Assembly: GCA_050260455.1 (NCBI GenBank)
Contig: JBLNCF010000017.1
Span: 639-64,638 of the forward strand
Source: Bacillota bacterium
GTDB taxonomy: Bacteria; Patescibacteriota; Minisyncoccia; Phycocordibacterales; Phycocordibacteraceae
Direction of reading: 5' to 3'
DNA: 64,000 bases
The position numbers and the translations under genes were made by a program. Positions 26,549 through 36,041 of the stretch are shown here, one piece after another (the first letter of the stretch is position 1; each line of letters opens with the position of its first letter). A model generated the notes under the pieces. That model was not told where the DNA came from. It saw nothing but the letters and a program-made list of their open reading frames with translations, and did no database searches.

Positions 26549-27748
26549 ATGGGAGTACCAAAAGCGGCGGTGTGCGAAGAGTGCGGAAGCGATCCAGTAT
26601 TTCACCGGATGACCTACTACACCATCCTCATCGATGAGTCGATGCGAGGGGTGTTTGATCCGGGATTCCTCGGACGATGGTTTGGAAAGGTCGCCCAGGC
26701 AATTGAACGGGTGGTCACGCCCCACCTCATGGAGCTCCTCATGTCGCTTGGCCTTGCAGGACGTGCGACCGAACCGGACGATGGCACGCAGCTACTTGCC
26801 CTCATGCTCTGGAACGAGGCGAAAGACCGCGGCATTACTGTAAACGAATTCCGTCTCTTCGATCTGCCGCGTAATCTTTTTGTAGCGACGTTTCCGACTG
26901 GCAAGAAGATAGCGTACGAAGGTATTCCGTTACCGCCGCGCGCCATCGATCGTGCGCCGTGGCTTGATAACAAGGCGGAAATGAAAAAGCAGTTCGCGAA
27001 GCTCGGGCTTCCGGTTGCCCAGGGGGCGGCAGCAAAGAATTGGTGGGCGGCAAAACGTATATATAGGAAGCTTTCTCCGCCAGTGATTGTGAAGCCATAC
27101 TCTGGTTCTGGCTCGCGTCACACGCTACTTCATATTGATACTCTCGAAGAACTCAAACGTGCATTCAAAATAGCTACCCAGATCTGCCCTGCGGCCGTAA
27201 TCGAAGAAGAACTCGTAGGAGCGGTGTATCGCGCTACCGTAGTGGACGGGAAGCTTGCAGCAACACTTCGCCGCGACCAACCTCACGTCATCGGAGATGG
27301 TGTTCATACGGTTATGGAGCTCATTAATGAAGCGAACAAGCATCCGGCACGTCAGGGTCCATATTTCCATATGATGAAACTGGACGACGCTGCCAAGAAA
27401 GAACTTGCCTGGCAGAAACTTACCGAGACGAGCATTCCGGAGTATGGTCAGCGGGTCACGCTCCATCAGAAGATCAACTGGAGTGTGGGTGGCACTACTG
27501 CGGATGTGTCGGACATCGTCCATCCAGACAACGTCGCGCTATTTGAAGAGGTGGCACGAGTACTCAAGGCGCCGATCGTCGGCCTTGATTTCATTATTGG
27601 TGACATCTCGCTTTCGTGGAGAGACCAGGAACGCTGTGGCATCATTGAATGCAACTCAATGCCGTTCTTTGATAACCATCACTTACCATTTGAGGGTGAG
27701 CCGAGGAACGTAGCCGCTCTGATTTGGGACATGGTTGAGCGCGGATAA
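26549..27748 (+). CDS. ATP-grasp domain protein, cyanophycin-synthetase-like
   Basis: 'VIVKPYSGSGSRH', 'RRDQPHVIGDGVHTVMELINEAN' (CphA-type 'HVIGDGxHT' motif), 'LDFIIGD'. Possible alternative start at Met 26609. Confidence 0.55.
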   Translation: MGVPKAAVCEECGSDPVFHRMTYYTILIDESMRGVFDPGFLGRWFGKVAQAIERVVTPHLMELLMSLGLAGRATEPDDGTQLLALMLWNEAKDRGITVNEFRLFDLPRNLFVATFPTGKKIAYEGIPLPPRAIDRAPWLDNKAEMKKQFAKLGLPVAQGAAAKNWWAAKRIYRKLSPPVIVKPYSGSGSRHTLLHIDTLEELKRAFKIATQICPAAVIEEELVGAVYRATVVDGKLAATLRRDQPHVIGDGVHTVMELINEANKHPARQGPYFHMMKLDDAAKKELAWQKLTETSIPEYGQRVTLHQKINWSVGGTTADVSDIVHPDNVALFEEVARVLKAPIVGLDFIIGDISLSWRDQERCGIIECNSMPFFDNHHLPFEGEPRNVAALIWDMVERG

Positions 27749-27887
27749 GCGCGTGAAGACTTCATTGCAATTACGGAAACGGCACAGTAGAATTGGAGTA
27801 TAGGTCGAGTTTTGCCAGCCAATACCTTTGGACGGCTTTCTTTTTTGCTCGCGCAGGAAAGGAGTCGTTCTCCCACATCACATCACT

Positions 27888-28013
27888 ATGGACGAGATGA
27901 ACAACGACCAGGTCATGGAGGAGCAGACTGCTGACACCATGCCTGAGGAGGAGGCTACGGAAGAGACTTCTTCCGACATGCCTGCCGAGGAGACTGGCGA
28001 AGAGGCTGCGTAA
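27888..28013 (+). CDS. Small acidic protein (doubtful)
   Basis: 41 aa, ~40% Asp/Glu; followed by a strong terminator. No convincing RBS. Confidence 0.2.
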   Translation: MDEMNNDQVMEEQTADTMPEEEATEETSSDMPAEETGEEAA

Positions 28014-28033
28014 GCGCCCCTTCGGACAACTAA

Positions 28034-28068
28034 CAACAAAGCGCCCGCAAGGGCGCTTTGTTGTTTTA
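28034..28068. terminator. Bidirectional rho-independent terminator
   Basis: 'aacaacaaagcgccc-gcaa-gggcgctttgttgtttt', an A-run/T-run flanked GC hairpin between convergent genes. Confidence 0.65.
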
Positions 28069-28080
28069 CCGTGGCTCCAA

Positions 28081-29004
28081 TTAATGAGCCATGAGCCACT
28101 GGTAGATGTCCTCCAGGGCTTTCACCGCGTTTCCTGCGGCGATGTTGTTCTGGTGATAAAGCTCATCGGTACAATCTCCGGCTGCCCAGATGCCCTCTAC
28201 GGACGTGTGCTGGTTTCGAGCGTCTGTCTTGATGCGGTTCACCTCATCCATGTCCACTACGCCCTTGGCGAAATCAGTGTTAGGCATCACGCCGATTTCG
28301 ACAAAAACACCAGTGACTGGGAGGGAAGTCTCTTCACCGGTATCGCGATGGGCAACTTTCATACCTGTGACGAACTTTTCACCGAGGACTTCCGTCGGCT
28401 CGGTCTTGTACAGCACAGTGAGCTTCGGGTTGGAGAGAAGCTTCTCGACGGTGATCGCATCGCCCTTTAGTTTGTCGTGACGGTGGATGAGTGTAACGCT
28501 CTTGCAGTACGCAAGAAGCTGAGCAGTGGTCTCAAGGCCGGCATTGCCGCCACCTACGACTGCGACATCCTGATCAGCAAACAAGGGACCATCGCAGGAC
28601 GCACAATAGGTCACCCCTTTGTTCTCAAAGGTGTCTGCACCCGGGACGTGCAGCTTCTTACGAGCTGCACCGGAGGCAATGAGTACGGCGCGTGCCATAA
28701 ATGATTTCCCGTCGCGGGTTAAGACCAAGAAGCCACCATCTGTCTTCTCTAACTTTTCTACGCGATCACCCTCAACCACTTCCACAATGTCTCCTTTATA
28801 TGCATCCAAATGTTCTCGGAATGCCTTCGCCATTTCAGCTCCCGGGATTTTCACCGTACCGATCCAGTTCTCAACTCCTTCGGAGACGGTGGATTGTCCC
28901 CCGATTTCTTCGGCGATAAGGACTGATTTCAAACGCTTGCGGGCTGCGTAGACGCCGGCAGAAATGCCGGCAGGACCACCGCCGATGATGATGAGGTCGT
29001 GCAT
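28081..29004 (-). CDS. trxB: Thioredoxin-disulfide reductase
   Basis: FAD motif 'IIIGGGPAGISAGVYAAR', redox 'CASC', NADPH motif 'VVGGGNAG'; 307 aa. Confidence 0.85.
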   Translation of the reverse strand: MHDLIIIGGGPAGISAGVYAARKRLKSVLIAEEIGGQSTVSEGVENWIGTVKIPGAEMAKAFREHLDAYKGDIVEVVEGDRVEKLEKTDGGFLVLTRDGKSFMARAVLIASGAARKKLHVPGADTFENKGVTYCASCDGPLFADQDVAVVGGGNAGLETTAQLLAYCKSVTLIHRHDKLKGDAITVEKLLSNPKLTVLYKTEPTEVLGEKFVTGMKVAHRDTGEETSLPVTGVFVEIGVMPNTDFAKGVVDMDEVNRIKTDARNQHTSVEGIWAAGDCTDELYHQNNIAAGNAVKALEDIYQWLMAH

Positions 29005-29064
29005 AGTGAGGCAAGTATAACAAAATCCCCGGCGCTTGGCCGGGGATTTTGTATTAGAAGATGA

Positions 29065-30351
29065 TTATTTCTTGTGGCGGCGGAGGAAGGAGGGAATTGC
29101 ACCCCAGGCCTCATCCTCTTCCTCTGCAGGCTGCTTCGCAGACGGAGGAGTAACCGTTTTAGGAGCTTCCTCGCGGGGCTTCGGCTGTGCCGTCACGATG
29201 GGTTCGGGCTTCTCGCGACGCTCTTCCTTCGGAGCTTCCTCGGGGGCGGGAGCAGGTGCGGGTTCTTCCGCATGCTTGCGGAGCACGTCGTTGAAAATCT
29301 TGCCGCGAGTCTCCTCCTGCTCCTTGGCAGGCATAGCAAAGAGGGAGCGCTCAAAGCCGGCAGGACCTGCCGAGCTCGTGTCGGCTGCTGCGGACTCGGG
29401 GAAGCCAGTCGCAATGACGATGATGCGGATCTGGCCCTTCTTGAGCTTCTCGTCGCGCATGATACCGAAGATGACCTTGGCAGACTTGTCTACCGAGTCG
29501 CTCACGACCTTGGCAGCTTCCTGAACCTCGAGGATACCCAGATCGTCGGAGCCGGCAACGACGAAGAGTACGCCCTTTGCACCCGAGATAGAGACATCGA
29601 GAAGTGGAGAATTGACGGCCTGTGCCGCTGCATCAGCGGCGCGACGATCGCCATCAGCAATACCGATACCCATGAGGGCCGGACCTGCACCTTCCATGAT
29701 GGTCTTGATGTCATTGAAGTCGGTATTGATTTCACCCGGCGTGGTGATGATGTCAGACACACCTTCAACGGCCTGGCGGAGAATCTCATCGGCCATGGCG
29801 AATGCCGATTTGGCGCTGGTCTGTGCCTCGACAATGGCGAGGAGTTTGTCGTTCGGAATCACGATAAACGCGTCGACTTCCTGCTTAAGATCAGCAAGGC
29901 CGCGCTCAGCGATGTCCTTGCGCTGTGCGCCTTCGAATGTGAACGGACGAGTGACGACGGCGATAGTGAGTGCACCGATCTCCTTGGCAATGCGTGCGAC
30001 TACCGGTGCTGCACCCGTGCCAGTGCCGCCTCCCATACCGCAGGTGATGAACACCATGTCCGAACCCTGGAGAGCTTCCTGGATCTCTTGGCGGGTCTCC
30101 TCGGCGGCGCGCTTGCCGAGGTCAGGGTTCATACCCGTGCCGAGGCCGCGGGTAAGATTCTTGCCGATATGGATCTTGCGCTTGGCAAGGCTGCGATGCA
30201 GGTCTTGTGCATCGGAGTTAACTGCGATGAATTCCACTCCCTTCACCTTGGAATTCACCATGTGATTGACTGCATTGCAGCCCGAACCTCCCACGCCCAC
30301 CACGCGAATGCGTGCAAATGTTTCGATCTCTGGTTCTACGCGCTTGGACAT
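29065..30351 (-). CDS. ftsZ: Cell division GTPase FtsZ
   Basis: 'VVGVGGSGCNAVNHM' and tubulin signature 'GGGTGTGAAPVVA'; Pro/Glu-rich C-terminal linker. Confidence 0.95.
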   Translation of the reverse strand: MSKRVEPEIETFARIRVVGVGGSGCNAVNHMVNSKVKGVEFIAVNSDAQDLHRSLAKRKIHIGKNLTRGLGTGMNPDLGKRAAEETRQEIQEALQGSDMVFITCGMGGGTGTGAAPVVARIAKEIGALTIAVVTRPFTFEGAQRKDIAERGLADLKQEVDAFIVIPNDKLLAIVEAQTSAKSAFAMADEILRQAVEGVSDIITTPGEINTDFNDIKTIMEGAGPALMGIGIADGDRRAADAAAQAVNSPLLDVSISGAKGVLFVVAGSDDLGILEVQEAAKVVSDSVDKSAKVIFGIMRDEKLKKGQIRIIVIATGFPESAAADTSSAGPAGFERSLFAMPAKEQEETRGKIFNDVLRKHAEEPAPAPAPEEAPKEERREKPEPIVTAQPKPREEAPKTVTPPSAKQPAEEEDEAWGAIPSFLRRHKK

Positions 30352-30444
30352 AGTAAAGAATTAAGCCGCCAATTTATGGTCGCTTCATGATACCAGGGCA
30401 CGCAATTACGCAAATATTGACAAGAACCGGATTCGTTTCGACGT

Positions 30445-31611
30445 TTATGGCAAGAATTGCTTGATGAAACGCTCAAATGAGGTACCAAAACCTGCGAATC
30501 GATGTTTTTTTGGCGTCTCGGTGTCTCCGGTGAGACCCCAGAGGGCAAGGCCATACGCGACTGCCCAGGTGGCATCGCGCACCTTACTGTCATTGCTGAC
30601 CTTCATGTCTGCGATGCGTGCGGGGAGGGCGAGTGTGCCTTTTGCAATATCGGCGATGGAGCCCTGACCAGAGGCACCACCCGAGATGACGATACCTGCA
30701 GGAAGAGCTCCTTTACGTCCGAGTGATTTCAAATGTTTGTCGATAAGTTCGAACATTGCGCGGAAGCGTGCTGCAATGACTTCTTCCACTTTGCGGCGTG
30801 GGTACATAGATCCACCGAGCCGTCCGATCTTCAAACGCTCCGCATCCTCAAGCGAGACCTTGAAGCCGAGCGCAAGGTCATCAGTGATGTTGGTGGAGCC
30901 GATGGGGAACACTTTTACCGACATGGGGACGCCCTCATCGTAGACCACGATAGAGACGGTTTCGGCGCCGATGTTCGCGAGCACACAGCCTTTCATCTTC
31001 TGGTCTTTGGAAAGCGTGACGTAGGAGCCTGCGAGCGGGGAAGCCATACGATCGATGACCTCAATGTCAGCGGCCTCAATAGCGTGGGTGAGAAGATTTT
31101 CATGGCTCTCTAGACAGGTGATGAACAGGTAATCCACCTCAAGACGGGTGCCCTTAAGGCCATACGGCTCACCCAGGCACTTGGCACCATCAACGCGGTA
31201 TTCGAGAGGAATCTCGTGGAGTACGCGACGGTTGAGGAAATTAGGCGCTGCCGCTTCGCGCGCGGACTCCCGTGTCTTGGCAACATCGAGATCGGTAATC
31301 TCTTGGTCAGCACGGGAGATGATAGTGGTGCCGCTTGCGCGCACTTCATCGAGCGATACTCCGCCGATGGCGACGAATCCTTTCTTGATAGGAACGTGAG
31401 CGATCTGTTCCGCCTGGTGCTTGGCCGCTCGTACGCTTGCGGCAACATCCTCTACATCTACGACGTAGCCATGATGCATACCGGCACTCTGGGCGAGTCC
31501 GGTGCCGATGATGTGTATCGCGGACCCTTCAGGTCCGCTTACCTCCTCGACCACCACGATTTTCGTGTGGTGTGTTCCGATATCGATTCCGGTTGCGATG
31601 CGTCGGGACAT
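30445..31611 (-). CDS. ftsA: Cell division protein FtsA
   Basis: Actin-fold N-terminus 'IATGIDIGTHHTKIVVVEE'; located upstream of ftsZ. Confidence 0.9.
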   Translation of the reverse strand: MSRRIATGIDIGTHHTKIVVVEEVSGPEGSAIHIIGTGLAQSAGMHHGYVVDVEDVAASVRAAKHQAEQIAHVPIKKGFVAIGGVSLDEVRASGTTIISRADQEITDLDVAKTRESAREAAAPNFLNRRVLHEIPLEYRVDGAKCLGEPYGLKGTRLEVDYLFITCLESHENLLTHAIEAADIEVIDRMASPLAGSYVTLSKDQKMKGCVLANIGAETVSIVVYDEGVPMSVKVFPIGSTNITDDLALGFKVSLEDAERLKIGRLGGSMYPRRKVEEVIAARFRAMFELIDKHLKSLGRKGALPAGIVISGGASGQGSIADIAKGTLALPARIADMKVSNDSKVRDATWAVAYGLALWGLTGDTETPKKHRFAGFGTSFERFIKQFLP

Positions 31612-31999
31612 TCGAGGTAGTTACATTAATAAAACGCTTGAGCAGCGCGCGTTCTTGTATATCCATTGTATCCCCGTGCACCACGCCCTTCAAATGTAGT
31701 AGACCGTGGATAAAGAGGAAGCCAATCATGGCTGTGGTGGAAAGGTCGTATGAAAACGCCTGACGTTTGGCGACTTCTGGGCAGATAATGATCTCACCAG
31801 ACTTAGGACCAACAACGTATGAGAGCACATTCGGGATGTAGTCTTTTCCACGCAGAGAGATATTCAGTGACTTCGCGCGTTTCTCTCCAGCAAATACGAG
31901 CGAGAGTTCCCAGCCGGGAAGAACGGCCTCAAGTGCTTTATCAAAAGGAAAATTCACCCGCGCAGAGCGAGTGAAGTTTCGTATCTCGAGTCGAGACAT
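31529..31999 (-). CDS. ybeY: rRNA maturation endoribonuclease YbeY
   Basis: Zinc motif 'HGLLHLKGVVHGD'. ORF 3' end overlaps the ftsA 5' end by 83 nt in another frame (see findings). Confidence 0.65.
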   Translation of the reverse strand: MSRLEIRNFTRSARVNFPFDKALEAVLPGWELSLVFAGEKRAKSLNISLRGKDYIPNVLSYVVGPKSGEIIICPEVAKRQAFSYDLSTTAMIGFLFIHGLLHLKGVVHGDTMDIQERALLKRFINVTTSNVPTHRNRNRYRNTPHENRGGRGGKRT

Positions 32000-32017
32000 T
32001 AGGAGGAGAAAGAGAAG

Positions 32018-32275
32018 CTAGCGCTTCTTGGTTCGACGAGCGGCCGGATCAATCTTGCCGAGCTTCACTGCCTCGTTATATGCCTCGCGGCGGGTTGCTG
32101 CGACGAGCGCACGAGCGTGATCGACGTTCTTCGACTTCTGGCGCGTGTAATAGCGACGCTTCCTCATCATACGGACGAGGTTCAAGCCCTGGGCACGGCG
32201 GGAGAAACGGCGAATAAGCGAGGCGGTGCTCTCGTTCTTGCCGCGCTGTACTTCGACGCGTGATGCGTTTGTCAT
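32018..32275 (-). CDS. rpsU: 30S ribosomal protein S21
   Basis: 'VEVQRGKNESTASLIRRFSRR...LVRMMRKRRYYTRQKSK' matches the bS21 pattern; trimmed to Met 'MTNASRV'. Confidence 0.7.
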   Translation of the reverse strand: MTNASRVEVQRGKNESTASLIRRFSRRAQGLNLVRMMRKRRYYTRQKSKNVDHARALVAATRREAYNEAVKLGKIDPAARRTKKR

Positions 32276-32380
32276 GTAGGTAGGAGCATAGCATAACGGG
32301 GCTATTTTGGGCAACTGGTATGTAAAAAGCCGCCCCTTCCTTTCGGTCGGAGCGGCTGGAACTAGGTGCCGTTAGATGGT

Positions 32381-32845
32381 TCAGGCCACGCGACGCAACG
32401 GCTCGGCGGTCGTCCCTTCGGCCGGAAGCAGGGGCAGTTGCGTCTGGTCTTCCGGCTGGATCGCATCGCTTGTGGGCGATTCCGTCGGGGCCTTGAGGTG
32501 CTCGGGGTCGTCTGGCAGCTCCAGGTCGTCATCTTCATAGTTGGCTGGTTCCAGACGGTTCCAGCCGTAGATGAAGAAGATGGTGCCCAGGATGGCGAGG
32601 ATGGTCGGAGCGACCATGCCGAGAGTGCCGGAGCCGAGGAACCGTTCAGCCGGACCCGGATAGAGGGTGGTCTCCACCCCGCGGGCCGCATCGGCGCCGA
32701 GGCTGATCAACGTGCCGCCGTAGGCGATTTCCTCGTTGAGCATCTGGACCAGGGCGTTGCCGCCGTAGAGGCTCGCGCCGATGAGGGCGGCGCCGGCCAG
32801 GATGGAAGTTACGCCGATGAACCGGTTGCTGATGAATTTGCTCAT
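32381..32845 (-). CDS. Hypothetical membrane protein with acidic C-terminal tail
   Basis: Two TM helices then a Pro/Glu/Asp-rich tail; trimmed to Met 'MSKFISNRF'. Confidence 0.4.
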   Translation of the reverse strand: MSKFISNRFIGVTSILAGAALIGASLYGGNALVQMLNEEIAYGGTLISLGADAARGVETTLYPGPAERFLGSGTLGMVAPTILAILGTIFFIYGWNRLEPANYEDDDLELPDDPEHLKAPTESPTSDAIQPEDQTQLPLLPAEGTTAEPLRRVA

Positions 32846-32938
32846 GGATCTCCCCGTAGTGAGCGTTGGAACCAACAGGTGAACTAGGAATATTATGTAC
32901 TAATCATAGTGAAAGTCAAGCCCCGCTTGAGGCGGGGC

Positions 32939-34087
32939 TTAGGCGACTGCCTTTAGGCGATCCACCAAGGAATCAAGAGGTATGAACGTTTCCGTGTGCG
33001 TGGCACGTTCGCGTAGGATGACCGAGCGTTCGAGAGCCTCCTTACGACCCATGATGAGGAGATAGGGAGCTCCGGTAGAGTCAGCGAGCCGCATCTGTTC
33101 GGTGAGCGATTCAACTCCAATCGCCTGTGTGAGAGGAATGCGTGCATGACGAAGGGTATCAGCCATCTTCATGCTTTCGCGCTTAGCCTCTTCACCAATG
33201 TGGACGAATACGAACCGAGGAGTGCCGCGTTCCTTCATGGGCGATACTTCGGAACGATCATCAAGGGTGATGCGTACAACCGCACCCACGGAGGCAAGCG
33301 TTCCCTTGAAAAAGGGCTTGGTGAGCTCCATATGACGAGAACCCCATGCCTGCACTTGGTCGTCTCCCAGAATCTCGAAGCAGGTCTCTGTCCAGGCGTT
33401 GCCGCGCGACAGAATATCGGGTGCGAGCTCGTAAGAGGTATCGGTGGCTTCAAGGTATTCGAGCACTGCCTCGAAGTGTTTGCGACTCGCTTCCGAAAGG
33501 TGATCGGTAGGAGAGGGGAGGAACTCGCACGAACCATCTTGGCACTTAATGAGCTTCTCTGCTGCTTCAAATACATCGGTGCGAGCACAGGTAACGCAGT
33601 CAGCAGGAAGGTTCGCGCCATTCTTGCGGAAGAAGCCGGTGAGTTCGCGCGCGAAACGGCTGCGCGTTTCTTTGTCACCCATCGAGTTCAAACGGAGGCG
33701 CGGCTCGGTTTTCGAGAGATCTGCCACGAGTGAACGGACGGCGCGGATGAGTACAGCGTCGGCGATGGCACGCTCCACCCCAAAGGCATGGAACTGCACC
33801 ACAATGGACTTCGGAGCTGCACGGCCGGCAGCAGCGTTGCTGTGCCAAATGAAGAGCGGCTGCGTGCTTGAGGGAGCAAGTCCGGCATCGCGTACGTGCT
33901 TCACGAGCGAGGTCACCTCGCGGGCGATGGGATCAAGCTTCTCTAGATCAAGTGAGTCGGGGTAGGGCGCACGAGCGCCTGAACCTTTCTTCGCTGCGGC
34001 AGCTGACGAAAGCGACGTGAATCCGTAATAGGTACCGATCGCCGACGCGCGACGAAGAACATCAGACGGAGTCAGGTGTGTACTCAT
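32939..34087 (-). CDS. Class-II aaRS-like protein with HisRS-type anticodon-binding domain (divergent HisRS or HisZ-like paralog)
   Basis: C-terminal 'PRFVFVHIGEEAKRESMKMADTLRHARIPL...APYLLIMGRKEALERSVILRE' resembles the HGPT anticodon-binding domain; catalytic motifs too divergent to confirm by eye. Confidence 0.45.
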   Translation of the reverse strand: MSTHLTPSDVLRRASAIGTYYGFTSLSSAAAAKKGSGARAPYPDSLDLEKLDPIAREVTSLVKHVRDAGLAPSSTQPLFIWHSNAAAGRAAPKSIVVQFHAFGVERAIADAVLIRAVRSLVADLSKTEPRLRLNSMGDKETRSRFARELTGFFRKNGANLPADCVTCARTDVFEAAEKLIKCQDGSCEFLPSPTDHLSEASRKHFEAVLEYLEATDTSYELAPDILSRGNAWTETCFEILGDDQVQAWGSRHMELTKPFFKGTLASVGAVVRITLDDRSEVSPMKERGTPRFVFVHIGEEAKRESMKMADTLRHARIPLTQAIGVESLTEQMRLADSTGAPYLLIMGRKEALERSVILRERATHTETFIPLDSLVDRLKAVA

Positions 34088-34635
34088 TGCGGTTCTGTGG
34101 CGGAGCCCGGGAGCACGCCTACTTCAGTTGCAGGAAGCAGCCGTACGAATGCGCGACCCATGATGTCTTTCTTCGGAAGCGGGCCCCAGATGCGCGAATC
34201 GGAACTGCGCGGGCGATTGTCACCCATGACGAAGTACTGATCCGGACCAAGTGTCGTGTCTTGGGTGTAGGTCGCATCTTCAGTGACGACATAGGATTCA
34301 TCGAGCGTCACGGTGGTACCGTCAGTCTTCGTGACGGTGGTTTTCCCGTGATCGATGTGCACCGTTTCTCCGGGGAGACCTACGATGCGTTTGATGTAAA
34401 ACACGCTTGGGTCACCCGGGTAGCGGAATACGATTACGTCGCCGCGCTTTGGAGCGGAAACGTGGTAGGTAAGCTCATCGACGATGAGGTAGTCACCGCT
34501 TTCGAACGTGGGATGCATAGACTCACCCTCGACGACGAAGGGTTGTGCGACGAAGAGTCGGATGGGCACAACTATGATGATGGCGAGAAAAATGAAGGTA
34601 AGGATCTCCTTGAAGGCGCTCCCGAGGAACTTCAT
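34084..34635 (-). CDS. lepB: Signal peptidase I
   Basis: S26 motifs 'GESMHPTF' (Ser box), 'YIKRIVGLPGETV', 'FVMGDNRPRSSDSR'. Confidence 0.85.
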   Translation of the reverse strand: MKFLGSAFKEILTFIFLAIIIVVPIRLFVAQPFVVEGESMHPTFESGDYLIVDELTYHVSAPKRGDVIVFRYPGDPSVFYIKRIVGLPGETVHIDHGKTTVTKTDGTTVTLDESYVVTEDATYTQDTTLGPDQYFVMGDNRPRSSDSRIWGPLPKKDIMGRAFVRLLPATEVGVLPGSATEPQ

Positions 34636-34689
34636 AGTGAGGGTATTGTATTCCTACTTACGAGCGCGTCAAATGTTTCGCTCTACGCT

Positions 34690-35463
34690 ATGATGCAAGC
34701 GATGGAAACGAGGGAACTGGTGCTCACAAATCGCGATGGAAAACGCATGCCGGCGACACTCCAGCTCCCGGACGGTGCGCCGAAAGGTGTTGCTCTAGTG
34801 CTCCATGGGATTGGAGGATGGCGGTCGCAGCCGGTACTTACACACACGGCTGACGCACTTCAGGCGGAAGGGTATGCGGTACTGCGGTTCGACGAGTCCG
34901 ACGGCATCACGGCACCGGATAACGACTTCTTTCACAACACCACTACGCATTACCTGCGGGATGTAGATGATGTTATTGCATTCATGCACACACAGGACTG
35001 GTACCGAGCACCGATGATCCTCGCAGGCCACTCAATGGGTGGTCTCGTGGCAGCAAAGTATGCCAGTGAACACCTGAATGAGGTATCGAAGCTTATCCTT
35101 CTTGCGCCCGCCATGTCGTTGCGCACTATGTGGTGGGGTCAGCTCCCCTTTGCGCTCATGTGGCTCATTCGTGGGCACTGGAAGATGCTTGGAATTGATG
35201 GGAGGAAATTCGTTCTGGGTCCTGACTGGCTGAAAGATTTTGCTCGATATAGTGGATATAAATGTGCGCCGCTAATCACTGCTCCCACCCTCATCATTTC
35301 TGCTGAACGCGATTACACGGTCGCAAAACCACGAGAGCATCGTTTGTACGCTCGTCGTTTCCCGAATGCAGAGCACTCCACTATCACCTGGGCCGATCAT
35401 GACTTCGACGGGCATGAAGCGGAGGTCGCTGCTACAATCAGGCAATGGCTTACGTCATCCTAG
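34690..35463 (+). CDS. Alpha/beta-hydrolase fold protein
   Basis: Nucleophile elbow 'GHSMGG', 'LVLHGIGG'. The upstream 204 codons of ORF 34078..35463 are antisense to lepB and were discarded. Confidence 0.65.
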   Translation: MMQAMETRELVLTNRDGKRMPATLQLPDGAPKGVALVLHGIGGWRSQPVLTHTADALQAEGYAVLRFDESDGITAPDNDFFHNTTTHYLRDVDDVIAFMHTQDWYRAPMILAGHSMGGLVAAKYASEHLNEVSKLILLAPAMSLRTMWWGQLPFALMWLIRGHWKMLGIDGRKFVLGPDWLKDFARYSGYKCAPLITAPTLIISAERDYTVAKPREHRLYARRFPNAEHSTITWADHDFDGHEAEVAATIRQWLTSS

Positions 35464-36041
35464 GGCTCGGCAATCCAGAAGGTGAATACGCAAAGACACG
35501 TCACAATGCGGGTCGTCTTGCAGTGGAACGCATTGCAGCCGAGTACGATTTCCCCGAGTTCACGCTTAGGAAAGCGGCTAACGCACTCGTATCCGAAGGC
35601 GCCATTGCGGGTGAGAAGGTTGTGCTCGTCCTCCCGAACGTTGCGATGAACCTGTCTGGCAAAGTCGCACCGAGTTTCATAAAATCGAAGCCCGCCGCAA
35701 AGAAACTTCTCGTCATCCGTGACGAACTCGATATGCCGCTCGGAGCCATGAAGATGACGTTCGGTCGCGGTAGTGGCGGTCATAAAGGCGTCGAGAGTAT
35801 TATGCGTGCGCTAAAGACAAAGGATTTTGCACAGATGAAGCTCGGTATCTCTGGTCAGACGGCGAAAGGGAAACTTAAAAAGCCCGGAGACGAAGAGAAG
35901 GTAGTGAAGCATGTGCTTGGCAAGTGGAAGCCTGAAGAGGAAAAGACGTTGAAGAGGGTGCTGGGAAAAGCAGTCGAAGCAACACACGCATTTATTGCAG
36001 AAGACATTGAGCGCGCGATGCTCATCGCGAATACGCGTTAA
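35445..36041 (+). CDS. pth: Peptidyl-tRNA hydrolase
   Basis: 'ILGLGNPEGEYAKTRHNAG' N-terminal Pth signature. Confidence 0.9.
   Translation: MAYVILGLGNPEGEYAKTRHNAGRLAVERIAAEYDFPEFTLRKAANALVSEGAIAGEKVVLVLPNVAMNLSGKVAPSFIKSKPAAKKLLVIRDELDMPLGAMKMTFGRGSGGHKGVESIMRALKTKDFAQMKLGISGQTAKGKLKKPGDEEKVVKHVLGKWKPEEEKTLKRVLGKAVEATHAFIAEDIERAMLIANTR

Noticed and set aside
29074-30390. 438-aa plus-strand ORF
   Set aside because: Antisense to ftsZ; low-complexity Arg/Leu-rich translation.
34078-34689. N-terminal 204 codons of ORF 34078..35463
   Set aside because: Antisense to lepB; the genuine alpha/beta-hydrolase gene starts at the ATG cluster at 34690.
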